From NCBI GenBank assembly GCA_050084515.1, contig CM114271.1, positions 16,244,001-16,308,000 of the forward strand: DNA of 64,000 nucleotides, given 5' to 3'. The notes below the pieces were generated by a model. It worked only from the letters and a program-made list of their open reading frames with translations. It was not told the DNA's origin and did no database searches. The stretch's first letter is position 1. Each line of letters opens with the position of its first letter. The position numbers were made by a program, and so were the translations under genes. The stretch is from Blasia pusilla (lineage: Eukaryota). Shown piece by piece: positions 51,801-64,000 of this stretch.

Positions 51801-54800
51801 CCACACAATTGGTGTAGTGTCCAATGGGGTCATAGTAGCACTCCCAGCTATTTCTGGTTCCTCTGACCGATCACGCTCTAGTGCAAACATCTCACTCTAC
51901 GCAATCTACATGTGCTCATTGGCTAAGTGTTAGAGCTCCTCACTCGAGCCCCTCATTGGCACCTCCCTTGCACGGACTAATGCGGCTATCATAACACTCC
52001 TTTCCGTAGAAGTGTTAGGCGTGGGTTTGTCCTTTGCATGGACATGCCCCTCAATCAAATCACTAGACCAAGTTATGGCACTTTTGAATGCTCATAGCGT
52101 TGCCATCTCTTCTGGCCATTGCTCGATCACTCCACCCGTGAATCGAACGATAACGACCTAAATCGCCCATCACCTAACTGTCATCCTAGTCTATAGGAGG
52201 CTTACTCCTCCCGGTAATCCAAGGAAAACCCCATTTGGTATAACACTACTCCTCCAACCAAGACTTCCTAGGACTCGACATCTGTCACTATCGCCTTGGC
52301 TCTCACCACGGACTCATCTGATGGATGTCTTTGTCGAATCCTCACCACGACTTCATGTTGGGTGATGAACTGCGTTCTACTTGCTCCATCCAAGGATTTC
52401 CGTATCCTGAATGGACAACGCTCCATATCAGCCCTCGTTAGGTCCAATCCTCTAAATGCCACTCTCCCCAACATCACGTGTTGCACTCTTGAATCCAATA
52501 AGACGTGGTACGGACAAAACACTCCACCTCTTAGACTCACCAAATGGAACACCTCTCCCCGGTTATCTAGCAATAAATCACCGAGCAAAACCATTGCATG
52601 CTCTATCGTGGGCCTAGCGGGCATCTCCGTCATCCTAGAAGTTGCAACCTACCATGAATTTGAGGTGGATGGCCCTAGCATAGGCTCAAAGGGCAAGTCC
52701 ACCACCTCCTCTATAATCACCTCTAAACATGATGCACGAACACCAACTCCACGGTCGCGTAGCGTAGCATCCAACTGGAAAACCTCGACACGCTTACCTC
52801 CCAACGTCATAACATCGGAAGTGGAGAACCATGGGGCATGGTATATTGCAGTGGCCGCCCCCCAACAATGTACTAGACACGGGCTCCATGCGAGCATCTG
52901 CGATAGGAGTCGTTGCACTCGCTTCTCCCACTGCCCTCCGTGCCTGCACACCAACATCATAAAATCTCAAAGAACTCTGATCAGGACCCATCGATGGGGT
53001 CCTCATCGCTTCGGAAAACATGAAAGACTGAGGAAGTCAGGTTTGTTTCCTGGCTTCCCCTCTCTACGGATCCAACTCTGCAGTTGGTCAACAAGTAGCA
53101 AAAGCGGCCTCCTCAGATGATGTTAATCCTTGCAGCCCGCACATCCAACCAGGATCCTTCATGTCTCTGGCTGCTCCATATGACGTCGATGCCACTCACG
53201 CGGCATTGGGTAACCGCAATGCCATAGCGGCAATCTGCTACTACAACTGCTCTATTTGAGTAGCCATCCCATCCTCACGCCCTACATCTCCCTTGACACG
53301 TCTAGGTGGCGGACCTCTACCTCCTCCATGAGCGTATCCACTAATCCCTCAAGCAAATCTAACTCCTCCTCCCCCAACGCGACCACTAGGTGCACGACCT
53401 CTAGGCCCACCCGGACCGGCAACTCGCTCTGGTGCCTTCTCTGGCCCTCGGTCCGAACATAACTCAAGATGTAAGCTGAAACATCGAACGCGTGTTCGTA
53501 TGATCATACTGCTGACAATGATCACATTGGTAAACTCCTAGTGTGGGTCCATCTCCTCCTCCAAGTTAAGAAACGCGTCCACTACCCTGACGAGTGCAAT
53601 CCTGCTGACTGTGGGCTCCACCACATGCCCAAAAACTAACTCTCGACGGTTTTTGCTACTGTTGCGCTGTATATGATGGTGTATGTTGTAGTGGCACAAC
53701 CTCCCAGCATCCTCCCTGCGCTCGTGGTACCACAATCCTCTCTCAAAATCCACGTTGATGTACTAGTGATACAGGAAATCGTGACTGCTCTTGCATATGA
53801 CCCATGGTTGCTACGCTGTCCTCAACCAATACACTTTGCCATCTCAAACACATCTCTCAACGTAGGTTAGGTGCGCATAAATAGTACCGCATCCCTCACC
53901 CGTATCCATAGGTCTCGTTCCTACATCGCATACCATGCCTGGACAGCCTAAGCGTCCGTCACCATCTGAGTGATGCTAATCAGAAGACCCAGGCGAGTAT
54001 TGCCTCCCGCAAACTCTCTCCCGTGTGCCTATAGAAGTCATGGATGCTCTGAAACTTCTCACTCCATACCCCTTGGTAGTTCCTTCGCAACTTCGCAAAA
54101 ACCTCAACCACAGGGTTGAACCTAAGACGAATATGACTGGATGATGCAACTGCCTCACTCCAACTCACCCCTCCTAGCACATCGCTTGTAGTAGAGGAAG
54201 TTGCCTCTCATATCTCCTCCTCCTCTTATGAAAATGACTCAGTCCATGACATATAATTTGGGTCATAGTAGAGTCTCCATGCTCAATCTCACATGCGTAC
54301 ATGTGGGAAAACTCATGGTTATCGTCCATGGATACGCCCTCTAAATGTTGGAATATGTCGTTCCTTGTGAACGTGTTGAACTCTCTAAAGTTCCTAGCCC
54401 TCTGTTCTCTAAAGTTCCTAGCCCTCTGTGAATCACACCAACTCCTAAACTTCTCAATGAAGTCGTGCAACTCTATGGTACCTAAAGCTCCTAAAATCCT
54501 ACGTGGTCCTCTATCCAAGTTACCCATCTCGTACGCCCAAGGGGTGGGACCACTCAATGTGTACGATGATACACCAACAAACTTCTCTACGCCCTCCCCC
54601 TCATCTGAGGATGACATAGAAGGAGGTCGAGGTGGTCCCTCACATGGAGACCCTCGAAACCTCGCGCCACTACGTGTGAATTCCCTAGAGCTACTCTCAA
54701 ATCCACCCTAGGATCCACCACCTTGCCTCCCAAAGTCCCGAAAGGACGTCGTGATGACCCTCGTACCCCTCTCATACGATCACTCCCAATCTTGTGAATA
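50850..54800 (-). mobile_element. Decayed LTR-type retroelement: gag, zinc knuckle, aspartic protease, C5 DNA methyltransferase; RT, RNase H, integrase and LTRs not found
   Basis: Colinear minus-strand pseudo-ORF: gag-like 54617-53800 (IELHDFIEKFRSWCD, LRRNYQGVWSEK..GESLREA), knuckle CDHCQQYDH..RC at ~53480-53530, protease-like VLLDSRVQHVMLG at ~52470-52510 followed by EVLVGGVVLY, then a DNMT domain. Confidence 0.8.
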
Positions 54801-55859
54801 ATCCCTCAATCACTCATACTAAACATGCGACACTCAATCTACACTCCCTCTCAATGAGACGTGTACTGTCCGGAAATAAGCGGTGTGATGCGGAAAATCA
54901 ACTGCTGTCATGTCATGTCATCGACAGAACATACCCTCAACTCTAGACATCCCACACAAGTCTATATCCCCTAATCTCACACATCAATGATGCTCTCAAC
55001 ATCTTCACTAAACCGAATATCCCCAAATAATTGCCCAATACCTGGAAATTCCCTCACATGTACAAGGAAAAAGACCAAGAGGGGTAACTTGAACAAATAT
55101 TGATGTCGCATCTCAACAACTACAAATCTTGACCCCAACTCGGTGGTGAAGCAACACTCCTCCAACCATCAAGTTGGACTCCCTTGAACCTAACGATGCT
55201 CAAATCTCCTTGATATGCGGTGTGGGTCTAGTGGTACGGTGCGGCACTAGTGGCACGGAACGACTACAAAGGGCATGGCACTCGGTGACGGGATACGGCA
55301 CACATCGGAATTCCCTCTTCTATCAACAATACACATTCTTTTCCTTAGTGATATTGCGACTTCGCGATTGAGACGGTATGGTGCGGCCACGAGCGGCACA
55401 ACGCGACAATCGACAACACATCACGGCTACGGGCATCACGCCACGATACCCAATTGTCACCGATTGGCTACAAATCACAAAGCATAGTAAAATAGAAAGG
55501 AAGCTACGACTCTATCACTCCAGGGGACGGTGCTCGCATACACCCTACGCGCGACGATCGAAGACCAAAATGTATCGGCGGCGGCCAAATCAACCAATCA
55601 ACGGTCATTGCTACGGTCCATCCTCTCGGTAACAACAATGCACGACAACCGACGACGGATAATAGCAACTAACGGCGGCGTCATGGACAGACGGCGTTCA
55701 CATGAACGGACAGGGCGCGGCGGAGCTCTACAGGATGGCGGCGGGGATGGGAAGGAGATTGACGATGGGATGGAGGATGGAGGGGGGTCGTGTGTTATAT
55801 CAAAACGGAGATACCAACTTCCTCTACGTTTTGATCCGTAGCGTCAATCTTCTAGTGAA

Positions 55860-58800
55860 GTATTTTTCAAAATTTTGTTTTTGTAGATTTTTGTTATTTT
55901 AGGGTTTCTCATGTAGGTATTAGGGTCCTCTTTGTTATCTCGTTTTGTTGTAATTGCTTTGAATGTTTCCAAGACAACTCATGTTGTTATTCCACACCAC
56001 CCCCTTTTCTTTTTCTCTATGTCCTTATTCTGTAGCCACACACGTTCCTCCTTCACGTTTGACCCATGTTTTTCTCCCTTATCCCACTCTATTCCCATCT
56101 ATTTTTTCCATCTATTCTTTTTCCATATCACTAGTACCTCCATACTATCTCTACATTATTTTGGGAAGGGGTTGGACCATATGTCCTAGGTGAAGATGGT
56201 AGATGAGAGTTCATACTAGGGAGAGCATTTCCATGGACGGAAAGAGAGTCGATTACCATTAGGGCTAGCTCGAATGGGGGTTGTGGGGCGGATTTTGGTG
56301 GGGTTTGTCTCTCGAGTTTGACGGAGGGGGGCTTGTTCTCTTCTTGGTGAGAGGTGTCCATTCCTCGACCCGCATCGGCCCCTCGCATAGGGGCTCGTGG
56401 GTCGTCTACCCGGGATACGAAATGCCCTTGTTGTCTCGAATTCTTCACTCGTTCAGGAATTCAGAACCATTTAGCGGCTAAAAATCCAGACTTTGATAGA
56501 TTCGGATGGGTGGTTCCTCCAGTCGATCATGGATGCTCACCGGTGCTTCATGCATCATCGCCCCCTCCCGAGGCATGGGAGTGGTTGAGGTCCCACCTTG
56601 GCAGCATCACAGGTCTCTTTGAGACCCGTTTTCCCTCCCCGAGGTTGTTTCATAGGATCCCCCATGCTATTCGGGATGAGCTCCGCCAATCTTTCCTCCT
56701 TCCCTTATCTAGGATCGCACTTGATCCTATGGATGAGCCCTCGTGGTATCTACTACTTCTCCTTCCATGATGGTGTCTTCGCTATACCCAAGAAGGGAAG
56801 GCTGGCCATAGAGAGGTTGTGGCCCAATTGCGGCGCTTCCGAGGAGGTGATTGGGAGTCTCTGCAGAGCGAGTTCGTGGCATATGCCAGAGGTAGCACTC
56901 CACGTGGTTTCCTAGCAGACGATCTTGTAGCTGCCACATTGCGACGATGTAGGAGACTTGGGCGAGCCGGGGAGTACTTGCAAGCGGCTGGTGCGCTCCG
57001 CCCTATGGATACGGCTCCTCCTTCCGCTGTTACCACCGACGCCCTCCGGAGGCTACACCCTCGTCAGTGGTTGACATCCCAGCATTTGTACGTGACTTCC
57101 ATCCTGACACGACCTTATGCCTAGATCCGTCCCTCTTTGCACGGGCACTCGGGCGTTCCCCTAGGATAGCAGCTCGAGGGTTGTTCGGTATGATGTACCA
57201 ACACCTTCGTGATTGCTTTCCCTCCGGGGACTCTGCTATCGGCTTTTTCGAGTTGCTTCAGGTTGCCTCTCACCTAGCTCAGGGGAGAGTGCCAACAACA
57301 GTAGCCCAGGTATTGGGGGCGGGGTGACTTTTGGAATTATCGAAGGAGGGTGGAGGGATCCGTCCAATTGCCATAGGGGAGGTGCTCTTGCGGTTGGTGA
57401 GTCGCACTATCGCTTTGCAGTTCCGTTAGGCTTTCCAGTCACATCTGAGTCCGCACCAGTTCGGAGTTGCCACGCCACCCGGTTGTGAGGCTGTAGCCTT
57501 AGGTTTGAGGGCTTGTTTAGATATACATCCCGAGTGGGTGGTTCTCCAAGTTGATGTGGAGAATGCCTTTAACTCAATGTCTCGGGCAGCTATCTTCATG
57601 GAGCTGAGAGACGCAAGGGATCCCATAGCGAGCTTGATTCCCTTTGTGCATGCTTTTTATGGGGGCCCCTCGGCTCTCTATTTTCACCATGGTAGGTTCG
57701 AGGGGAGGTCACGGTCTTGGAGTCTGCTACCGGGACGCGTCAGGGTGATCCCTTGGGTGGTGCATTGTTTGCTTTGGCTCATTATCGAGCGGTTCTTTCT
57801 ACGGTGGAGGCTTTCCCGGGTTGCATTTTCCCTCGTTGGGAGATGATACTCACATTGTCAGCCCTAGAGGCTTGGTTGTTCCTGCATTTTAGCACTTTTC
57901 AGCACAGTTGGCACACGTCGGCCTCGCGATGAAGGTGGGAAAGTGCAAGGCTTGGTCTTCATTAGGCTTGTCAGTGGATATTCATTTACCGGACAATTTT
58001 TTGACACCTGTTGGAGGGCTTCGCGTCTTGGGAGTCCCACTTGGGAGCCAGGACTTTGTATCGAGCTTTGTGGCGGCGGCTCTTACCGAGTATCTTCTTC
58101 ATGTCGACGATCTCACGAGGATTGGTGACCCTCAAGTAGCTTATGGAATCCTCTCGTCATATTTTTCCCGTAGACTTGGTTGTCTGTGTAGAACCGTGTG
58201 GGCGACTAGCCATATTTCTTCCTTGTATAGATCCTTTGATAGAAAGATTATGCAAGCGTTTGGGGATCTTCTAGGACCCGTCTCATTAGAGTGCCCCGCG
58301 GGGGAGTTAGCTCGTAGACAGGCTTCTTGGCCGATTGCCTTTGGTGGAGTAGGTCTCATAGCGACTCAGTTAGTGGTGTCTTCATCCTTTTTAGGGAGTT
58401 GGGTCATTGTAGCACCCCTCCTTTGCTCCCGATTTTTGGTTAGGGATAGACCGCTACTTTTACAGTATGTTTCCCAGGTTGAGGATGGTCTTTTCCCACT
58501 TCAATCTTCACTCACAGCTTGTAGAGACTCCCTTCTTGTTGAGGCTAGAGCAGTTCTTTCCGCTTTCTCTTCCCTAGTTACCTCCAGACAGCTGGGCTCC
58601 AATCTTCTTTGATGGAAGCCCACTTTGATGCATTGTTTAGAGCTACTATGTCGGATGGGAATATGCCCATGGAGGTTCCGGCCCGCATTCACTCTTGCTC
58701 CGGAAAGGGGGCAGGCTCATGGGTGGGGGCTCGTCCCCTCATCCCAGCTTTCCGCATCGCACCACTTACCTACACTACAACGATGAGGTTCCGACTGGGC

Positions 58801-59605
58801 CTGCCCCAACCAACAATGGTTGGTTCGACACATTGCGAGTGTCGCCGGAGTCTGGATCCACTTGGTGTGCATTTGGCACGATGTCCAATTGGGGGTGAGA
58901 GGATAGCCACTCACGATGCAGTGCGGGATATTATGTTCTCTATTGCTCGGGAGAGTGGATTCCATGTACAAAAAGAGAGGCACTACTCCATGCAAGATTC
59001 CCTTATCCGTGTTGATCTCTACATGACGAAGGAGTCTCAGGTGGTGGTAGCGGATGTTGTAGTGACGGATCCTGCGCGGGAGGCGGTGCGAGCCAAAGTG
59101 GTAGCACAAGGGAGATTGCTACAAGGAGCGGCGGAGGTCAAGAAGACCCACATTTATAGTCAACTTCATGACGGACATCGATTTATCCCCCTAGCCATTG
59201 AGATGTACGGGGCGATGGGAGAGAGGTTTGACTCGTTCCTTACGGATTGCGCCCATCATCTCCAGTCGAAAAATGGGTTGTCCTTAGCCACTGCGATACT
59301 TTATTGTAGGCAACGGGTCTCCATAGCTTTGCAACGCGCCCAGGCAAATGGGCTTCTGCGGCGCGCTCAGGCGGTTGGAGACGCCAACGCTTGAGGCCCA
59401 CTTAGTAGTAGTCATAGTTCTCTAGGTGTTGATGATATTTTCTCTGCTGTTGGTGATTTTGGTCGTTTGGGGGGAAGGCCACTTTCTTTCTAATCGGGAT
59501 CGATTCCGGCCTCTTTTTGGTCTATTTTTTGGGTCTCCATGCCCCCCTCTTTTGTATCCTATGGGTTTCCCATCCTTTTTCTACATATATATTTTATTTC
59601 GAATG
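55860..59605 (+). mobile_element. CRE-like non-LTR retrotransposon, subfamily B (frameshifted ORF ~56354-59394); boundaries approximate
   Basis: Zinc finger CPCCLEFFTRSGIQNH. RT motifs: IRPIAIGE, QFGVATPPGCE, QVDVENAFNSMSR, GTRQGDPLGG, GDDTHI, GLRVLGVPLG. C-terminal CECRRSLDPLGVHLARC..THD, RVDL..VADVV..KKTHIY..RFIPLAIEMYG and RVSIALQRAQA. Confidence 0.9.
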
Positions 59606-60116
59606 GAACTAGAAGTCATCAACGCAACATGATGAACGGACGTTAATGACCCCGGGCCTTCGGATGTAACTGCGTGGCAGACTGACCGGACTGCGTCAGG
59701 GCGCACACATGACCCCGTCGGACTACAGGTGGGCGTTCAGGGCTTGAAGGTCACATTCCGGGCAGCGGGGTAGGCTGGCATGGGCGTTCTCGGAAGTTGA
59801 CGAAAATACGGGCGATGGCAGCAGCATAGCACGCGCGCGCAGACAGTCTGGCGTCGCAAGCGATAGTGCGAGCGGTGACTACGACGACGACAGGGGCTCG
59901 AAATGGCTAGGCGCGGTTGGCGCCGGATCCTACTTCGGCGGCAGCGAAGTTGGGCCGCTGTGGTAGTCCCGTTCAGAGAGGTAGGGATAACCAGGCGGCA
60001 ACAAGTCCGTAGGGCTGGTTCAAGGCGTCACGAGAAGAAAACGGAGCGTTGAACGTGTTTGTTGGACTCGGGTCCCCAAACTGCAAACAAACACGACGAT
60101 TAGATCTTTGATGAAT

Positions 60117-63100
60117 CCACTTTATTATAAAATAAACCTCAAAAGAGGATAAAGAAAGGTAATAACAATTCAAAAGAGGAGTAAAAACATGCATAAAAGA
60201 ATGCAAAAAGAAAATGGCGACAAGCCCACGTAAACATCGGCTCAACGAGCAACGTGATTGATTGCCTGAAACAAATCTAACAAGAACACGAGTGGTTGGT
60301 CAAACGTGAATGGACGACGAGGCGAGCGACCTCCCACCACCTCCGCACGACGTATTAATGCCAAGGCTTGTGCACGTTGTAAGGCCACTCAGATGCATTG
60401 CCTAAAATAAGTAGTAACAACCGAGAGAGAAGGACTACGGGAAGGGGCAAGGTGATGATTCTCGAGGGAGTGGTGAGCACATGTTTTCAAGAAAGTATCA
60501 AAAGACACATGTAAATGACCGAATACTTCCACTGCAAACGGAATAAATCAGTCAGTCGCATGTCTCACAGCATAACTTAACTCCTTGATTCTTGTTGCAG
60601 CTTCGGCCGCCAAACCTTTGGTATGTGCGGCTCTACACACCAAGAGAGAACGTGTTGGATCAGCAACCACCACATCACCTAGTGTCCAGAATCCACCTCG
60701 AGACATAACAAGATCACTCTCCGACGAGAGGTTGCTTGTGTGGTTGAAGGTAGGACATGGAGTTGCTCTTGCCCAACAGTGTATCCTGCCGTACGAGCCA
60801 CTGATGCTACCGCCTCTCTAATGACATCATGTGTGGCCGTTCGTTCTCCACCATGTGCACATCAAAGAATATGGATACCCTTGGCATCAATGGGATCCCC
60901 GCATACACAATTCGGCACACCTAAGAGAGAAGGATGGGGAAGTCCAAGACGTAACCGCAAAGTTGTCGAGAATATACTTCGAGGAAGACGAAATGGAAGA
61001 ATAAGAGGATTTGCAGTAAGCCACGCCCCCACTCTGGAACCCGCACATGAACGTAGACGAGCTCGATTAGCGTCGGAGGATGCCTCTGAGAGAATGCTGG
61101 AAAAGTTGATTTGATGCAGATTCTCGGAGATATGCTCTTGAAGTCGATCAAGCCCTTCTATAATTAGTTGACTGAAAGGGGGTAGAATTGCTTGTGTAGC
61201 AAGAGGAAGAAGAGCTCGTGCAGATCTTAGTTGTTGTTGAAATAACAAGTCCCCCTCCTCGACATGGGCGATATGATCCATCAAGATAGGTGTATCTCCT
61301 TGGAGAAACCTTGAAGCCATAATCGGTGCTACCAACGCCCAGCTCCCCAAAAAGGCTACGGGAGCAAATGTGACTGTGGAGGATAGTCCCACCCCTCCAA
61401 AAGAAATAGGCAAGATAGCTTGTCGTGAAGCAAAGACACCATCCTCTCCCCCAAAGGTATTCGGGCCAAGAAGTTGACCAAAATTTGCCAAGATAGAAGC
61501 ATCAAAAGAGGCCAGCCGATGTAAGAAGCTTGAAGTGGGAGGACAAGTGCGAAGAAGGTAGGAAGGACGTCAAAGAAAATATTGGGAGAAAATCCCATAA
61601 GCCACTTGGGGATCCCCAAGATGATGTAATAAATGAAGCCATTCCACGTCTTTCAAAAGGGCCTCATCCAAGAACTTTGAGACATAGTCGATGAAGCCAA
61701 TTGGGACCCCAAGAACTCTAACCCCTTCAATGTAAATGGGAAAATCAGGAGTAGGTGGGGTGAATGTTGAGGGAAGGCATGAAGGAGACCATACTCCACA
61801 TTTACTAGGTTGGACTTTAAGGTTTAAGAAAGAGAGTTGCTCCACAAAATGGGTATAAGAAGGAACCACTTCAGAAGGAGGACCTAAAATGTGAGTGTCA
61901 TCGACAATAGAAGGGAAAAGACAAGATGGAAATGCTTGCGCTGATGCTCGAAGGGCACGAAAATGGGCAATGGCAAAGAGTGGGCCCCCCATGGGATCAC
62001 CTTGACGTGTGCCACAAGCCGATTGTAGAATACTATATTCCCCAAAAGTAGCATGATGGGAATAGATAATGGGCGTATCATAGGCATAGAAGGAGCAAAC
62101 AAATGGAATGAGGCTCGCGAGTTGTCCTCCTGCACAACGTAATTCCTCAAAGATGGTCGCACGAGAAACTGAATTGAATGTGTTAGCCACATCGACTTGA
62201 ATTGCTACCCAATCTTGATGAATATCAAGAGTGAAGCGAATCCCATGAACCACAACCTCCAGGAGTTGCCACTCCAAATTGATGAGGAAATAAGTGGGCA
62301 CTAAAGTGAGGACGAAATTGCAAGCATAGGGATCGACTGACCAAGCGGTATAAAACCTCTCCAATAGTCAAAGGGCGCACACCTGAAGGAGGCTTGTCCA
62401 TAGCTAACAAACGACAAGCCCCTAAGAGCCTAGAGATAGAGAATGGGAGACGACTTGCCACCATATGTGCACACACCTTATATAGAGAGACAAAGCCACT
62501 TGCTGAATCTACTGGGATAAAGCAATTGCGGAGATGCTCAAAAACCATCCCTGATAGCCCGCTTGCTGATAAGCGAGGAGTATGCAGAAAAGCCCTTGTG
62601 AAAACCTCCAAGTCAAGCTCCAAGTCAAGGTCTGTTGTATAGTCTTCCACAAAAGATGGAGCATCGCCACTTGAAGGAGGATGAAGAGCTTCTAAGAGAG
62701 CCACTGTTTCCGCACTTGGAACCGCCGGAGAAAGAGGACCCAATGCTCGAGCTGCACGTGAAAACTCACCAACCTGCCCCAATAGTAGACTTCGTCGAAG
62801 CCATTGTTGTATTGAAGGCCTGCCATGATTGGCATGTTGAGTGGGATGAGCCGCAGCTAAGGCCTCAGCTCGAAGTACATGCTCATTCTGAAGATTCTCC
62901 CAATCCCCTGACATAAAGCGTTGAATACGTGTGGAGGTTTCACGATGACCCGTTGCATCCCCTTGGAGGGAGGACTAAAACCCATTGTGGGAAGAGTAAT
63001 AGGAGATACCAAGCATTTATATCTGTGGGGTCACGCGCTAACCTTTCTAATGGGAATAGCAAAGTTTGTTGGGTGATGGGATGAAGAGCAATACGAATGC

Positions 63101-64000
63101 AAGTGTAGAGTCTAGGACGAGGAAGACCTGGATGGAAAGAGCGAAGGAGATCAATTTGGCTTAACCAGGTCCAAGCAATTGTTGTGGGGAGTGCAGTAGG
63201 AGTTGGTATCGGGTTAGGGATTGAAGGCCCATGCATGGATTGATAATACCGCTGATGTCTTTTGATCCCATTAGGAGCAAAGTCCTTACTATAAGGTATG
63301 CAACGAACCATCACCTTTGTGACCCATGTGGAGAAACACTTGGCCTCCACCATTTTTGTTTCATCTAAGGAGAGGAGGTGGGAGGTGCAAGAGGTGGTGA
63401 TGGCCGACGATGAGGGGGTAAATAGGTTGGGGAAGGAGGAGGAGGAAGAGGGGAGATTCGGGTAGAATAGATGGGAGTTGGAAGCAAGGGCATAGATGAG
63501 ATATGTGGGGATGGCAAAGTAGAAGGATTCGGTAATAATGGATCAGGATTAGGCTCAATAGGACAAGGCAAAGAAGGGAGAAGAGGAGAATCCGGAAGAA
63601 ACGTAGCGAGTGTAATGGGTGTATTAGCATCTGGAGGAAAATGGCGAGATCGACGATGAGGAGGTGAACCAAGGGGAGAGGTTACGGCTGTAGGAGGGCG
63701 TGTAAAACCAGATAAGCGAGTAGATGGAGAATCCAACTCCATCTCTGATGACATAGAAGTAAAGGTAGGCAAGTCTGCGAAGACAAGAAAAGACATACGA
63801 AACGTGGTTTGGAGAAAGCATGAGGATAACGAACAAAGCAAAAGTAGTGGAGAGATGAAGATTAGGCAATACCGAATTTATGATTGAAAGTTACTATAAG
63901 AAAATATAAAAAGTAAATGAAAAGGAAAAGTGGTGGATATGGTATCGGGAGAGGTGGCTCAAGAATATGAATTTCTAATGTCCTAAACGTATGTAGGGGC
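60117..64000 (-). mobile_element. CRE-like non-LTR retrotransposon, subfamily A, copy 2 (5' end runs off the window)
   Basis: The reverse complement is nearly identical to 32220-36033 over its length. It has the same RT (SIVDDTHILG), the knuckle CVCGDPIDAKGIHIL, the REL motifs and the 3' end tataataaagtgg. Confidence 0.92.

Noticed and set aside
52296-53120. 274-aa + strand ORF
   Set aside because: It has no recognisable motifs and is the antisense shadow of the minus-strand gag/protease region.
54800-55850. Candidate 5' LTR/PBS of the DNMT retroelement
   Set aside because: No second LTR copy, TG..CA boundary or convincing tRNA-complementary PBS could be identified.

Overview
Eukaryotic nuclear DNA from a land plant, probably an early-diverging, bryophyte-like lineage (inferred from gene content, GT-AG introns and TE types). 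There are four host genes. The first is the 3' part of a coiled-coil, tail-anchored protein (1-1470). The second is a plastid triose-phosphate/phosphate translocator whose CDS has no introns (17401-18735). The third is a 3-exon peroxisomal acyl-activating enzyme ending in SKL (37407-40683). The fourth is a multi-exon TTI2-like HEAT/ARM gene on the minus strand (42486-47415). The rest is mostly transposon-derived. It holds three near-full-length CRE-like non-LTR retrotransposons (RT plus restriction-like endonuclease) of two subfamilies, plus a fragment. It also holds four hAT-type MITEs with 8-bp TSDs, Helitron-end arrays and a decayed intronless kinase region. The most notable element is a decayed retroelement at about 50850-54800 (minus strand) with the order gag, zinc knuckle, aspartic protease, C5-cytosine DNA methyltransferase. 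All family assignments come from motif recognition by eye; no database searches were run.
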